A stretch of DNA of 64,000 nucleotides from Gemmatimonadales bacterium (GCA_036555275.1 DATBLR010000092.1:242-64241); one strand, 5' to 3'; positions 47,279 through 57,399 are shown, counted from the first letter of the stretch. Notes: generated by a model not told the origin, from the sequence alone. Translations and numbers: made by a program.

Positions 47279-47890
47279 TCAGTCGTTCCCCCGGACCCGT
47301 GAGGTCCATGGAGAGCCTCGGACCACAAAGCGCAAGGGCCACGCTGTCGCCCGGGTGATGCCGATCCTCGGTGTGGCCGCGATCTTGGCTGCAGCAAGAG
47401 GCGGACTCGCCAGCACCCGGGCCGAGGAGGTCGGCATGGAAGTCTGGTCCAGCGCGCGTGTAATCCCAAGCGCCTGGGTCAGCCGGCCCGGGCCTGCGCA
47501 AAGAATCCGCCTTTCGCGGGTCGCACGCCGCCGGCACATCGCAGGGAGGCCGTGCACCGGTTCCAAGGCCCGGACGAGGACGGCGGTGGCCTGCCCCGGA
47601 GGACCGGCGACCAGGTTGGCGCACCAGTGGACGCCGTAGGAGCGGTACACGTACCAGTTGCCCGCCGGGCCGTAGAGTCCCTCGTTCTGGGCGTGCCGCC
47701 GGAACCGCCAGGCGTGCGAAGCGGGGTCTTCGACCCCGAGATAGGCTTCGACCTCCACGATGCGACCGACCGTGCGCACCCCGCGGATCTCGGTGACCAG
47801 GAGCTTGCCGAGCAGCTCTCGTGCGACCGTAACGGCGTCCTGCCTGAAGAAGCCAAGGGGCAGCGGGCGCGCCCGCAGCTCCAGGATCAT
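47279..47890 (-). CDS. DNA-3-methyladenine glycosylase (MPG)
   Basis: VARELLGK, IVEVEAY, YVY.SYG.HWCAN, GPGRL, RIGI. Confidence 0.93.
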   Translation of the reverse strand: MILELRARPLPLGFFRQDAVTVARELLGKLLVTEIRGVRTVGRIVEVEAYLGVEDPASHAWRFRRHAQNEGLYGPAGNWYVYRSYGVHWCANLVAGPPGQATAVLVRALEPVHGLPAMCRRRATRERRILCAGPGRLTQALGITRALDQTSMPTSSARVLASPPLAAAKIAATPRIGITRATAWPLRFVVRGSPWTSRVRGND

Positions 47891-49368
47891 TCCTCGGGCT
47901 TCTTCCGGGCCCTGCCCCCGGACTTCTTCCGCGGAGCCGCCGTCCGCTCGGCAGCCGGCTTAGCCGCCTTCTTGCGGCCCGCCCGGTGCTTGGCGGGCTC
48001 CGCCGCTCTCTCCTCTTCCAGGCTCACGACGCCGATCATCGGGATTACGCCCGGGGGAGCTCCCACCCGGGCGCCCCGGCGAAAGCGGATTCCACCTCGC
48101 TGTGTTCCGACTTCCTGGGATACAGGCGCGGCCGTCGGAATCACGCTGGACTGGTCCTGATCCGACTCAGCACCCCGCGCAGCCGGTGCAGCCCCGGCCA
48201 TCTCCACCCCCCGGCCGAGAATCTCGTACTCGCCTTCGGCGATCTTCCGAACGTCGGCCACCTCGGCGTCGTGGGCCTGCCGAAGGAGCCGCGGGAAGAG
48301 GGCCTGGGTGAGCATCGGATCCTCCTTGCCGTACAGGGCAGCCATCCGATTGCGGAGGACTTCCTGGTCAGCGGGGCTGGCCAGCTCGCCGAGCGCCCGG
48401 CGCATGAGCTCGAAGGAGCGCGCCAGGGTGAGCCCTTCCTGCCGGCGGCCATCACCCTGGGGGCCCGGCCGGACCGCAGGCTCGGCCTTTCGCTCTTCGC
48501 CTTCCCGCCCGCCCCGGCCCCGGCCCCGCCCCCGGCCGCGACGGCCGCGGCCCTCCCGCGCTGGTTCTTCCGCCGGACGCGCCTCGGCGGAGGCTGGCGC
48601 GGCCGGCTCGGCCGGGCCCACCTCATACTGGCCATTCTCCATCTTGTTGAGCTTGATCAGGCCCTTGCGACTCGCTTCCAGCACGAACTTGCTGAAGCGG
48701 CTGAAGCCGGCGTTCTTCTCCTCGAAGTTGGGATCGATCTGCTGCATCACCTGTTTCAGCCGGTCGGAGCGCATGACGTCACGCTCGCGCACCATCAGGG
48801 CCACCGCATCCTGCACCAGCTGCCACGGATCCCGCTGGGTCGAGGGGACCTCGGTCTCCTTGGTGAGGCCGGCGAGATCCGAATAGGAGAAGTACTCATC
48901 GCAATTCTGGATCAGCAGCTCGCTGGCGGACTCCCGGATGCCCACGCCGATCACGTACTTCCCGTATTCCTTGAGCTTGATCACCAGCATGGAGAAGTCG
49001 CTGTCCCCCGAAAGCAGGATGAAGGTCCCGATCTCGGGTCGGGTGAACACCAGTTCCATCGCGTCGATGGCCATCCGGATGTCTGTTGCGTTCTTCTTGT
49101 TGGTTCCGAAGGCCGGCGCGAAGATCAGATCGATCGAGGATTCCGACAGCGGTACGATGTACTGATGGTAGCGCCGCCAATCCGCATACGCCCGCGACAC
49201 CGCCACCTTGCCCTTGATGATGTCGCTGTTGAGGAGGTGCTTCAGTTCCTTCGTGAGATCGGAGCGGATGCCCAGCGTGACGTTGTCGAAATCGATGAGC
49301 AGAGCGGCGTTGGGGGCGTGCGCCGGTGGCTCCCCCGTACGCAGGTGACGAAGTTGGGGTGTGGTCAC
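47887..49368 (-). CDS. NYN (LabA/DUF88) ribonuclease-domain protein with OST-HTH/LOTUS domain and RG-rich linker
   Basis: IDFDN, KNATDIRMAID, SGDSDF, CDEY; DPNFEEKNAGFSRFSKF. Confidence 0.9.
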   Translation of the reverse strand: MTTPQLRHLRTGEPPAHAPNAALLIDFDNVTLGIRSDLTKELKHLLNSDIIKGKVAVSRAYADWRRYHQYIVPLSESSIDLIFAPAFGTNKKNATDIRMAIDAMELVFTRPEIGTFILLSGDSDFSMLVIKLKEYGKYVIGVGIRESASELLIQNCDEYFSYSDLAGLTKETEVPSTQRDPWQLVQDAVALMVRERDVMRSDRLKQVMQQIDPNFEEKNAGFSRFSKFVLEASRKGLIKLNKMENGQYEVGPAEPAAPASAEARPAEEPAREGRGRRGRGRGRGRGGREGEERKAEPAVRPGPQGDGRRQEGLTLARSFELMRRALGELASPADQEVLRNRMAALYGKEDPMLTQALFPRLLRQAHDAEVADVRKIAEGEYEILGRGVEMAGAAPAARGAESDQDQSSVIPTAAPVSQEVGTQRGGIRFRRGARVGAPPGVIPMIGVVSLEEERAAEPAKHRAGRKKAAKPAAERTAAPRKKSGGRARKKPEE

Positions 49369-49690
49369 TGGTGTGTTGGTTCTCCGCGCCCGGCCCGCCG
49401 ATGTCCTCGCCGACCTGCCCGGACCCGGTGCCGGGAAGTCGCGCGAGGCCCGCTGGTCCGGGCACTACTGCATGAGGCGGGGCCACTCGCCCCGCGGGTT
49501 TGAGCGCACTCCCGAGTGCCAGGGCTTCCCTTCCTCCTCCGGCGGTGTCCCGGGTCATCCGGGGCGGCGTCGGGATTGGAGTCCCCCCGAACCACCGGGT
49601 CGGGTGCGGAGGGGGGTTGGCAGGAGGCCCGCTGTGAGGTGCGCGACAGCGACCGAAATGTAGGCTGGAGTGTGACTTGCGGGTAGGCCC

Positions 49691-50782
49691 CTACGCGTCT
49701 GCGAGGATCGCGGCTATCCGCTCCCCTGCCTTGCCATCCCAGCCTTCGGGTCGGGCAGCGTGGACGCCGCCTTGGGCACGCTGCTCGAGCACGGCCGCCA
49801 CGGCCGCGTTGATCCCCACCCGGGTAGAGGGAACCAGTCGGTTGGTCCCTTCGGTGATGGTAACCGGACGTTCGGTATTGGGTCGCGCCGTCAGGCAGGG
49901 CACGCCGAGCACCGTGGTTTCCTCCTGGAGGCCGCCGGAGTCGGTCAGGACCAGGGCGGCACGGTCCACCAGGGAAATCGTCTCCAGGTAGCTCAGGGGC
50001 TCGAGCAGCCGGACCCGACTGGCCAGGCGGTCCAGTCCGAACTCATGGATGCGCCGGCGGGTCCGGGGATGAATCGGGAACAGGACCGGCATCCGCGTCG
50101 CAAGATCATCGAGGGCACCCAGGATCTCGGCGAGGGGTCCCTCGGAATCGACGTTCGACGGCCGGTGAAAGGTGGTGACGGCATACTCGCGGCCAGCCAC
50201 CTGGTGCACTTCCGGCGCTTGAAGCTTTCTGGCCTGCTCGCGGAGGGTAAGCAGGGTGTCAACCATCACATTCCCCACGAACCGGATCCGGGAAGCGGGA
50301 ATCCCTTCAGCCTGCAGGTTGGCGTCCGCGTCCCGGCTCGGGGTGAAGAGCAGGTCGGCCAGCTGGTCGGTCACCAGTCGGTTGATCTCTTCCGGCATGG
50401 TCCTGTCCCGGCTGCGGAGTCCGGCCTCCACGTGAGCGACCCGCACACCAGCCTTCGCGGCGACCAGGGTGCACGCCAAGGTGGAGTTCACGTCGCCGTA
50501 GACCAGCACCCAGGTCGGCTGCAGCCGCTCCAGGACCGGCTCGAACTCGGTCATGATCTTCGCGGTCTGCACCGCATGCGTGGCCGAACCGACCTCCAGG
50601 TTCACCGTCGGCCGTGGCAGCCCCAGGTCCGCGAAGAACCGGTCGCTCATGGCCTCGTCGTAGTGCTGACCGGTATGAACCAGGGCCTGATCGACCCCGT
50701 TGCGGACGGAGACGGCGCGGAGCACCGGGGCCACCTTCATGAAATTGGGGCGTGCGCCGACTACGTGCAGCAGGCGAATCAT
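49691..50782 (-). CDS. wecB: UDP-N-acetylglucosamine 2-epimerase (non-hydrolysing)
   Basis: GARPNFMK, HTGQHYD, HVEAGLRS, PEEINR, TDSGG.QEE. Confidence 0.95.
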   Translation of the reverse strand: MIRLLHVVGARPNFMKVAPVLRAVSVRNGVDQALVHTGQHYDEAMSDRFFADLGLPRPTVNLEVGSATHAVQTAKIMTEFEPVLERLQPTWVLVYGDVNSTLACTLVAAKAGVRVAHVEAGLRSRDRTMPEEINRLVTDQLADLLFTPSRDADANLQAEGIPASRIRFVGNVMVDTLLTLREQARKLQAPEVHQVAGREYAVTTFHRPSNVDSEGPLAEILGALDDLATRMPVLFPIHPRTRRRIHEFGLDRLASRVRLLEPLSYLETISLVDRAALVLTDSGGLQEETTVLGVPCLTARPNTERPVTITEGTNRLVPSTRVGINAAVAAVLEQRAQGGVHAARPEGWDGKAGERIAAILADA

Positions 50783-51876
50783 AGGCGTTGGGAGGCGAGC
50801 GGAAGGTCGAGTTGAAAGAAGAAGCGCGTTCCGGTATCGGGGGCCGTTTCCACCCGCAGGGTCGAGTGCATTGCCTCGACCAGCTTGCGGCAGATCGAGA
50901 GTCCCAGGCCGGCCCCCGAGAAGGCGTATTCGCCCTGCTTCTGGCGGCGTCGGAAGGGCTCGAACAGGGTCAGCATGGCATGGGGGGGAATGCCCCGCCC
51001 GGTGTCACGCACCGAGAACTCGACTCGGGTGCCGTCAAGCTGCTCGCCACGAACTTCGACGTAGCCCTCGGAGGTGAACTTGAGCGCGTTGGTGGTCAGG
51101 TTGAGCAGCACCCGGGAGAGTGCGACCGGATGCCCCACCCGGAAGTCATCGGGAGGTCCCTGCAGGCGAACCTGGAGGCCCTTTTCCTCGGCAATGGGCT
51201 GGACGATGTCCCGGACCGATTCGAAGATGTCCGCAACGGAAAAGGGCAGCGGATCCAGATCCACCAGCCGGTCGCCGCCCCGGGCCAACTCGATGACATC
51301 GCTGGCCAGGGAGGACAGCCCGAACGCGGCCGAATAGATCAGCCCCAGCTGGCGCTCCTGCACCGAATTGATCTGGCCGCTCCGGCCGCGCTGCAGCGTC
51401 TCCGCGAGGAACAGGATCGAGGTGAGGGGGGATCGCAGGTCGTGGGCGACTTCGACGACGAGTTCCATGCCGTCGGGGCCCGACAGGCGGTCGGCGAAAT
51501 GCTGCGCCCAGTCCGGCTCGAGGGCGCGGTGCACGTCTTCCAGCGCCTGCAGGAGCCTCAGCAGGGTCGTGCCGTCGGTGGGGCCAGTGGAGCTGGCCGC
51601 CCGTTCCAGAAACCGGCGGCGCAGCAGATCCGCCAGGCGCCGCGCCAGCACGGTGCGCGGCAGGTCATCGGAGGACTCACCCTGAGCGGCCGAGCGGACC
51701 GCACCACCCAGGCGGCCCAGGTGGGCCCGCACCTCTTCCTGCGCGGGGCTGTCCCCGGCGACCTGGTGCCAGTCGGCCTCCACCTCCTGAACGGCTTCGT
51801 CAAAGAGGGTCCAGAGGCTGTCGGGAACAGCAGGGCGCCCCCCCGGGGGACCGGAAGTCCCGCCCGCGTCCTTCAC
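50779..51876 (-). CDS. cytoplasmic sensor histidine kinase
   Basis: AHDLRSPL, NLTTNALKFT, DTGRGI, GAGLGL; no TM. Confidence 0.92.
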   Translation of the reverse strand: MKDAGGTSGPPGGRPAVPDSLWTLFDEAVQEVEADWHQVAGDSPAQEEVRAHLGRLGGAVRSAAQGESSDDLPRTVLARRLADLLRRRFLERAASSTGPTDGTTLLRLLQALEDVHRALEPDWAQHFADRLSGPDGMELVVEVAHDLRSPLTSILFLAETLQRGRSGQINSVQERQLGLIYSAAFGLSSLASDVIELARGGDRLVDLDPLPFSVADIFESVRDIVQPIAEEKGLQVRLQGPPDDFRVGHPVALSRVLLNLTTNALKFTSEGYVEVRGEQLDGTRVEFSVRDTGRGIPPHAMLTLFEPFRRRQKQGEYAFSGAGLGLSICRKLVEAMHSTLRVETAPDTGTRFFFQLDLPLASQRL

Positions 51877-53399
51877 TCAGGCGACCCCGTCAGCTCATCC
51901 CGTTGGAAATTGTGCTTGTCCATGAGGCGGTAGAGCGTCGTCCGGTCAATATTCGCGAGCCGGGCGGCCTTGGACATGTTGCCGCCGGCCCGCCCGATCA
52001 GTCGGGTGAGATATTCCTTTTCGAACTGAGCCACCACCCGGTCCTTGCCCACATGGTACGCTTCGTCCAGCACCGGGGTCGACAGGGATGACTCGGAAGC
52101 GTACTCCGAGCTGTCCTCATAGATAGGGATGTCGTTGGGCTGGATGACCTGGTCGGGCTCGGCCAGCACCGCGACGTGCTCGATCACATTCTGCAGCTCC
52201 CGCACGTTCCCGCGCCAGGGCCGGGAACGAAGAAACGCGATGCTCGCATCCGAGAGCTTCGGTACGCGGTCGCCCATCTGGCGATGCCGCTGCCAGTAGT
52301 AGGTCAGGAAATGGTTGGCGAGGAGCGGCGTGTCCTCAGGCCGCTTGCGCAGTGGCGGCAACTTGATCGGGACCACCCGGAGCCGATAGAACAGGTCGCC
52401 GCGCAGAATCCCCTGGTTGACGGCCTCCTGGGGATCCCGGTTGGTAGCGGCGATGTAGCGCACGTCCACGACCGCGTCCTGAGTCTCACTCCCCACCCGC
52501 CGCACCACGCCGTCCTGGATCACGCGCAGCAGTTTCGCCTGCAGCGGCTGGGACATCTCGGTCAGCTCGTCCAGGAACAGAGTGCCGCCGTTGGCTGTCT
52601 CCAGCAGCCCGGGCTTCTCCCGATCGGCCCCGGTAAAGGCGCCCTTTCGGTGGCCGAACATCTCGGACTCGAGCAGCGGCTCAGGGAGCGCGGCACAGTT
52701 GATTGCCACCAGGGTCCGGCTGGCACGACGGCTGTGCTGGTGGATGAACTGGGCGATCACTTCCTTCCCGGTGCCGCTCTCGCCCGAGATGAAGACCGAG
52801 GCATCGGTCGCGGCCACCTTGCGGGCCAGGTCCACGGCCTTGCGGAAGGTCGGGGAGATGCCGATCAGTGAGATCTTGTCGCTGTGGCCGCCCTGGCTGG
52901 CCAGCTGCTGCTTAAGATCGCGGGTTTCGCGGGCCACCATGACCGCGTGGGAGGCGCGCCCGATCAGGACCTGGAGGTGGGTCGCCGAGAACGGCTTGGG
53001 GAGATAGTCCCAGGCGCCCGCGCGCAGCGCCTCGATGCTGCTGGTCACGCTGGGGTTGCCGGTCATCACGACCACGATCGTGTCCCGGTTGAACTCCAGC
53101 GCCGAGCGCAGGATGTCCATGCCCGAGGTCTGGGACATGTACAGGTCGACCAGGATGACGTCGAACTTGCGGCGCTTGACGACCTCCAGAGCTTCTTCAC
53201 CTCGCCCGATGAGCGTGACGTTGTAGCCGTCCATCTGGAGCACGCTGGCACAGCTCTCCCGCAACGTGCGCTCATCGTCGATGATCAGAATCCGGATGCT
53301 GGCCTTGACCTCGACCGGAATGGAGAGCGGATCCCGCCCCCCCACGTCGCCCTGCCCGCCGTCGGGACGGCGCCCGGGGTGCGTCAACGAGGAACCCAT
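51873..53399 (-). CDS. sigma54-dependent response regulator (NtrC family)
   Basis: REC (IIDDE, VDLYM, KP), GESGTGKE, GAFTGA, WRGNVREL, Fis HTH. Confidence 0.95.
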   Translation of the reverse strand: MGSSLTHPGRRPDGGQGDVGGRDPLSIPVEVKASIRILIIDDERTLRESCASVLQMDGYNVTLIGRGEEALEVVKRRKFDVILVDLYMSQTSGMDILRSALEFNRDTIVVVMTGNPSVTSSIEALRAGAWDYLPKPFSATHLQVLIGRASHAVMVARETRDLKQQLASQGGHSDKISLIGISPTFRKAVDLARKVAATDASVFISGESGTGKEVIAQFIHQHSRRASRTLVAINCAALPEPLLESEMFGHRKGAFTGADREKPGLLETANGGTLFLDELTEMSQPLQAKLLRVIQDGVVRRVGSETQDAVVDVRYIAATNRDPQEAVNQGILRGDLFYRLRVVPIKLPPLRKRPEDTPLLANHFLTYYWQRHRQMGDRVPKLSDASIAFLRSRPWRGNVRELQNVIEHVAVLAEPDQVIQPNDIPIYEDSSEYASESSLSTPVLDEAYHVGKDRVVAQFEKEYLTRLIGRAGGNMSKAARLANIDRTTLYRLMDKHNFQRDELTGSPE

Positions 53400-53645
53400 G
53401 CGAACCCTCGAAAAGCGTTGTAACGTTGTATCCGCCGACTACCGGGTGTCGGCAGCCGGCGGTGCATTCCTGCTGCGGGAATAGCATCTTTGATACCACA
53501 CCTATGGCGCGGGCAAAACACCTATGACTGGACGCTATCAAGCCTGATGGGCATTTGCAACAGTGTTTCGAGCGTGCAACATCCCAGAACTAAGGCATTA
53601 CGCTTCACTGAACGAGCCGAGTCCGGGCCACAGTGACCCAGGCCA

Positions 53646-53661
53646 CGGTATCGCCCTTGCT
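53646..53661 (+). promoter_or_regulatory. probable sigma54 -24/-12 promoter of wzc
   Basis: cGGtatcgcccttGCt; upstream TGCAACA x2 and IHF-like aactaaggcatta; divergent bEBP gene. Confidence 0.6.
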
Positions 53662-53717
53662 GTGGGAACGGCGATTGGCTAGTTCAAGACAGGATTCGCC
53701 TGAAGAAGGATTGGCGC

Positions 53718-56114
53718 ATGGCAAGCAATGACATCGTAATCTCGTCGTTGGGAGACCAGTCCGGGTCACAGGGCCTGCAGCCCTACAGCCCCCCTCCGCC
53801 CCCGATGCTGGAGGGTGGAGACGAGGCGATCAACTGGGGCCGGTATCTCGCGGCGTTTCGACGTTACAGCTGGCTCATGGCCCTGGTGGTCGTGCTGGGC
53901 ACGACCGCCGGCGTGCTGGCCACTCGCTTCATGCAGCCAACCTACACCGCCAACGCCACCATCTGGGTAGAGAGCAGCGGTGGCAGCGCGGACGGACCCC
54001 TCCGCCCCAAGAACCTCCTCACCGCCGACAACTGGCTGGACCTGCTGCGCCGCAGCGTGGTGCTGGACTCGGTAGTGCTGCGGCGGCGGATGATCGTGCA
54101 GCCAGTCGAGACTGCCGACTCGGCGCTGTTCGCCTCGTTCCGGGTGGAGGAGCGATTCGCAACCGGCCACTTCGTGCTGGCCGTGAGCCCCGATGGCGAA
54201 AGCTGGGTCCTGCAACAGCAGAACCACGACCTGCTGCACGGCGCCGCGGGGGCGGCCATTGGATCCGGGCTGGGCTGGACCTGGGCCCCGGCGAAGGAGC
54301 TGTTGGGCCGGGGACGGGAGATCAAATTCTCGGTGCGCCAGCCCCGTGATGTCTCCGCGGACCTCAACCGGCGGCTGAGCGCCACCCTCCCGGAAAACGG
54401 CAATTTCATCCGCGTCGGCCTGGACGGTACCGACCGGCTGTCGCTGGCGCCGATCCTGAACGACATCTGCACCCAGTTCGTCTCGACGGCGGCGTCCCTC
54501 AAGCAGCGCAACATGAAGGAATTCAGGCTGGCCCTGGACTCCCAGGTCACCCAGGCCGAGCAGGGCCTGCGGGAGGCCGAATCGCGGCTGCGCAGCTTCC
54601 AGATGAGCACTATCACCAAGCCCCGGAACAGCCCGCTGGCGGTTGCGCCGGGCCTGGTAGCAACTCAGCCGGTCGCCACGGGCCAGTATTTCGCCCAGAA
54701 GAGCCAGCTCGATCTCATCCGTGCCGACCGGACCCAGCTCGAGGCCGTCCTGGCCCGGGCGCGGCAGGGCTCAGTAGTGACCGACGCCTTCCTGACCGTG
54801 ACGGCGGTCAAGGGCGCGCCCCAGCTGACGCTGGCTCTCAGTGAGCTCACCAAGGCAGAGGCGGACTACGCGGCCAACTCGCGGCGCTACACCCCTGAGC
54901 ACCCGCTGATGACCCAGCTCAGCGCCCAGATCCAGCAGCTGCGCAACCAGCGGATCCCCGACCTGACCCAGGGCCTCATCGATCAGCTGAAGGCACAGGA
55001 GGCGGAGCTGGAGGGTCGCATTCAGACCGCAGGCGTGGAGCTGCGCGAGGTTCCGGCGGTCACGATCTCCGAAATGCGGCTGACGCGGGAATACGAAGCC
55101 GCCAACGACCTGTACAAGATGCTGGCCGGCCGACGGGAAGAGGCCCGTCTCGCCGAGCTGGGCGCCATTCCGGACATTCACGTCCTGGAGGAGGCGGTTA
55201 CGCCCACCCGGCCATCCAGCAACCAGGCCCCCAAGATCATCCTGATTGCGTTGGTCGGGAGTCTCGGCGCGGCGGTCGGCCTGGCGCTGCTGCTGGACCA
55301 TCTGGACAGCCGGTTCCGGTATCCGGAGCAGGTCACCAACGAGTTGGGGCTTCCGATTCTGGGAGCCGTGCCTGCCTGCCGGAAGAACCGGGCGGGCGAG
55401 CTGGCACCGGATCAGGCGCAGCAGGTGGTCGAAGCGTTCCGCACCATCCGCCTGAACCTGGCGCACTCCTACGGCGCGGCGGGGCCGGTCACCCTGACTG
55501 TCACCAGTCCGGGAGCGGGCGACGGGAAGTCCTTCGTCTCCTCCAATCTCGCGGTCTCATTCGCTCAGGCCGGATACCGGACGCTGCTGATCGATGGAGA
55601 CATCCGCCGCGGTGAGCTGCATCGGATGTTCTCGGTGGAGCGGCGACCCGGTCTGCTTGACTATCTCACCGGGAACGCCAACCATGAGGACATCGTTCGT
55701 CCGACCTCACAGAGTGGGTTGTGGGTAGTGCCCTGCGGCATTCGCCGGCATCATGGACCCGAGCTGCTGGGTTCCGCCGCCATGTCGGGGCTCATGGCGT
55801 GGTTCAAGAGCCGCTTCAACGTCGTCATCGTGGACAGCCCACCGCTCGGCGCCGGCATCGATCCGTTTGTGCTCGGCACCATGACCGGTCACCTGATCGT
55901 GGTGTTCCGGGCTGGAGAGACCGACCGGCAGATGGCCCAGGCCAAGCTGCCGCTGGTCGAGCGGCTTCCGGTCCGACTGCTGGGGGCGGTGTTGAACGAG
56001 GTCGAGGCCGGCGGGGTGTACCGCTACTACAACTACATCTATGGGTACACCTCCGACGAGGAGCCGGCGGCGGGTCAGCTGACGGCCGGAGGCGGCGACA
56101 GTGCGTCGCCCTGA
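53718..56114 (+). CDS. wzc: polysaccharide co-polymerase / tyrosine autokinase Wzc
   Basis: two TMs around a coiled coil; EAFRTIR, SPGAGDGKS, IDGDIRR, VDSPP; Tyr cluster YRYYNYIYGY. Confidence 0.92.
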   Translation: MASNDIVISSLGDQSGSQGLQPYSPPPPPMLEGGDEAINWGRYLAAFRRYSWLMALVVVLGTTAGVLATRFMQPTYTANATIWVESSGGSADGPLRPKNLLTADNWLDLLRRSVVLDSVVLRRRMIVQPVETADSALFASFRVEERFATGHFVLAVSPDGESWVLQQQNHDLLHGAAGAAIGSGLGWTWAPAKELLGRGREIKFSVRQPRDVSADLNRRLSATLPENGNFIRVGLDGTDRLSLAPILNDICTQFVSTAASLKQRNMKEFRLALDSQVTQAEQGLREAESRLRSFQMSTITKPRNSPLAVAPGLVATQPVATGQYFAQKSQLDLIRADRTQLEAVLARARQGSVVTDAFLTVTAVKGAPQLTLALSELTKAEADYAANSRRYTPEHPLMTQLSAQIQQLRNQRIPDLTQGLIDQLKAQEAELEGRIQTAGVELREVPAVTISEMRLTREYEAANDLYKMLAGRREEARLAELGAIPDIHVLEEAVTPTRPSSNQAPKIILIALVGSLGAAVGLALLLDHLDSRFRYPEQVTNELGLPILGAVPACRKNRAGELAPDQAQQVVEAFRTIRLNLAHSYGAAGPVTLTVTSPGAGDGKSFVSSNLAVSFAQAGYRTLLIDGDIRRGELHRMFSVERRPGLLDYLTGNANHEDIVRPTSQSGLWVVPCGIRRHHGPELLGSAAMSGLMAWFKSRFNVVIVDSPPLGAGIDPFVLGTMTGHLIVVFRAGETDRQMAQAKLPLVERLPVRLLGAVLNEVEAGGVYRYYNYIYGYTSDEEPAAGQLTAGGGDSASP

Positions 56115-56118
56115 GCAC

Positions 56119-57060
56119 TCACGTGGCGGGGTGTTCCGGGGTTGTTTCGAAAGCACGCAACCGGTGGTCCGCAGAGCTGGTGTCGGTCAGCAGGCTGTGG
56201 AGCGCGGTGCTGGCCTGATGCAGGACCTGCTCGGCGTCGAGGCGGGCGGCGGAGAGATCGTTGATCACCGAATAGCCGGCGCGCAGCCGAATCGCCGGGC
56301 GGGCACCATTGATCTCCTGCTGCAGCACTCGCTCCAGTCGCTCGACCATCAGCACCGCGCCTCGCGCCTCGGTGTGGGGTGCGATGACAGCGTATTCCGA
56401 GCCCCCGAGCCGACCGATGGCGTCCGACGCGCGGCCATGCTGACGGAGGATGCCACCCACCGTTCCGACCAGGTCGCCGGCGTTCGCCGAGCTGCCGGAG
56501 GCCGGATCCGCTTCGGCCGTGAACACCACGCACGCCAGCGGGGCGCGCCGGCGCACAACCTCGGATCCGATCTCCCGCGCGCGGCGGGACAGCCCACGGG
56601 TGTTGTAGAGCCCGGTGACGGGGTCGACCAGACTCTCCTCCTGAAGCCCATCCGCATCGAACTTGGCGGTCAGGAAGGTCTGCAGGCGGAGCAGCAGGCT
56701 CTCTCCGTCCAGCGGCTGTCCCAGGAATTCCCAGGCGCCGGCCTGGTAGGCCTCGAGCCGCTGGGCGCGGCCTGACGGTCCAGCAGTCGTGATCACGATT
56801 GGCAGGGTGGCCGGAAACGACGGGTCGCTGCGCAGCTGACGACAGACCTCGACGCCATGCAGGTCCGGCATCTGGGCATCGAGTATGATCAGATCGGGAC
56901 GGGCACTGCGGGCACGCTCAAGCGCCTGTCGCCCGGTGTAGGCGCGAAGCACCGCGTAGCCACTGGGGGCCAGAATGCTCTCCAGGGATCGGGCGGACCA
57001 TTCCTGGTCGTTGGCGACCAGCACCAGAGGAGGCCGGGGGAATCGATCGCTCGCGGTCAT
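56119..57060 (-). CDS. response regulator with degenerate GGDEF domain
   Basis: REC (ILDAQMP; Lys replaced, FLGQP); DPVTGLYN; RLGGSEY. Confidence 0.85.
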   Translation of the reverse strand: MTASDRFPRPPLVLVANDQEWSARSLESILAPSGYAVLRAYTGRQALERARSARPDLIILDAQMPDLHGVEVCRQLRSDPSFPATLPIVITTAGPSGRAQRLEAYQAGAWEFLGQPLDGESLLLRLQTFLTAKFDADGLQEESLVDPVTGLYNTRGLSRRAREIGSEVVRRRAPLACVVFTAEADPASGSSANAGDLVGTVGGILRQHGRASDAIGRLGGSEYAVIAPHTEARGAVLMVERLERVLQQEINGARPAIRLRAGYSVINDLSAARLDAEQVLHQASTALHSLLTDTSSADHRLRAFETTPEHPAT

Positions 57061-57399
57061 GCGGTGACCATGCAGGGATCTCCCCGGATGTCTCCGTGGA
57101 CCGGGAGCGATGTGTGGAGCGCTCCGCGATTTCGGTCCCCAGACGTGATGGTAGTGATTGAGCAGAATAAGACGCGCACGAAACGGTCGCAATAGCCGAC
57201 CCGCAGGAGCCATCTTGGCCTGCCCACCCAGGTCCGCAGCGGCGTAGCGTCAGCGCCGCAACAGTTGCCTGGCGGCCCAGAGATTCCGCCGCCCAAATGG
57301 CGCCCTTGGCCGGCCGACCCGCGCCGGTCGGACCCATGGGAATCAGGGGCTCGCGCATACCATGTATAGGCTTACCACCTCGAACGGGAGTGCCCTCGT

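Noticed and set aside
49400..49460. Cobalamin riboswitch (gacctgcc, gggaag fragments)
   Set aside because: The fragments are in the wrong order and on the strand opposite the downstream gene.
49365..49595. 76-aa ORF upstream of NYN
   Set aside because: Low-complexity R/G/P composition and no convincing RBS; better explained as a structured leader.
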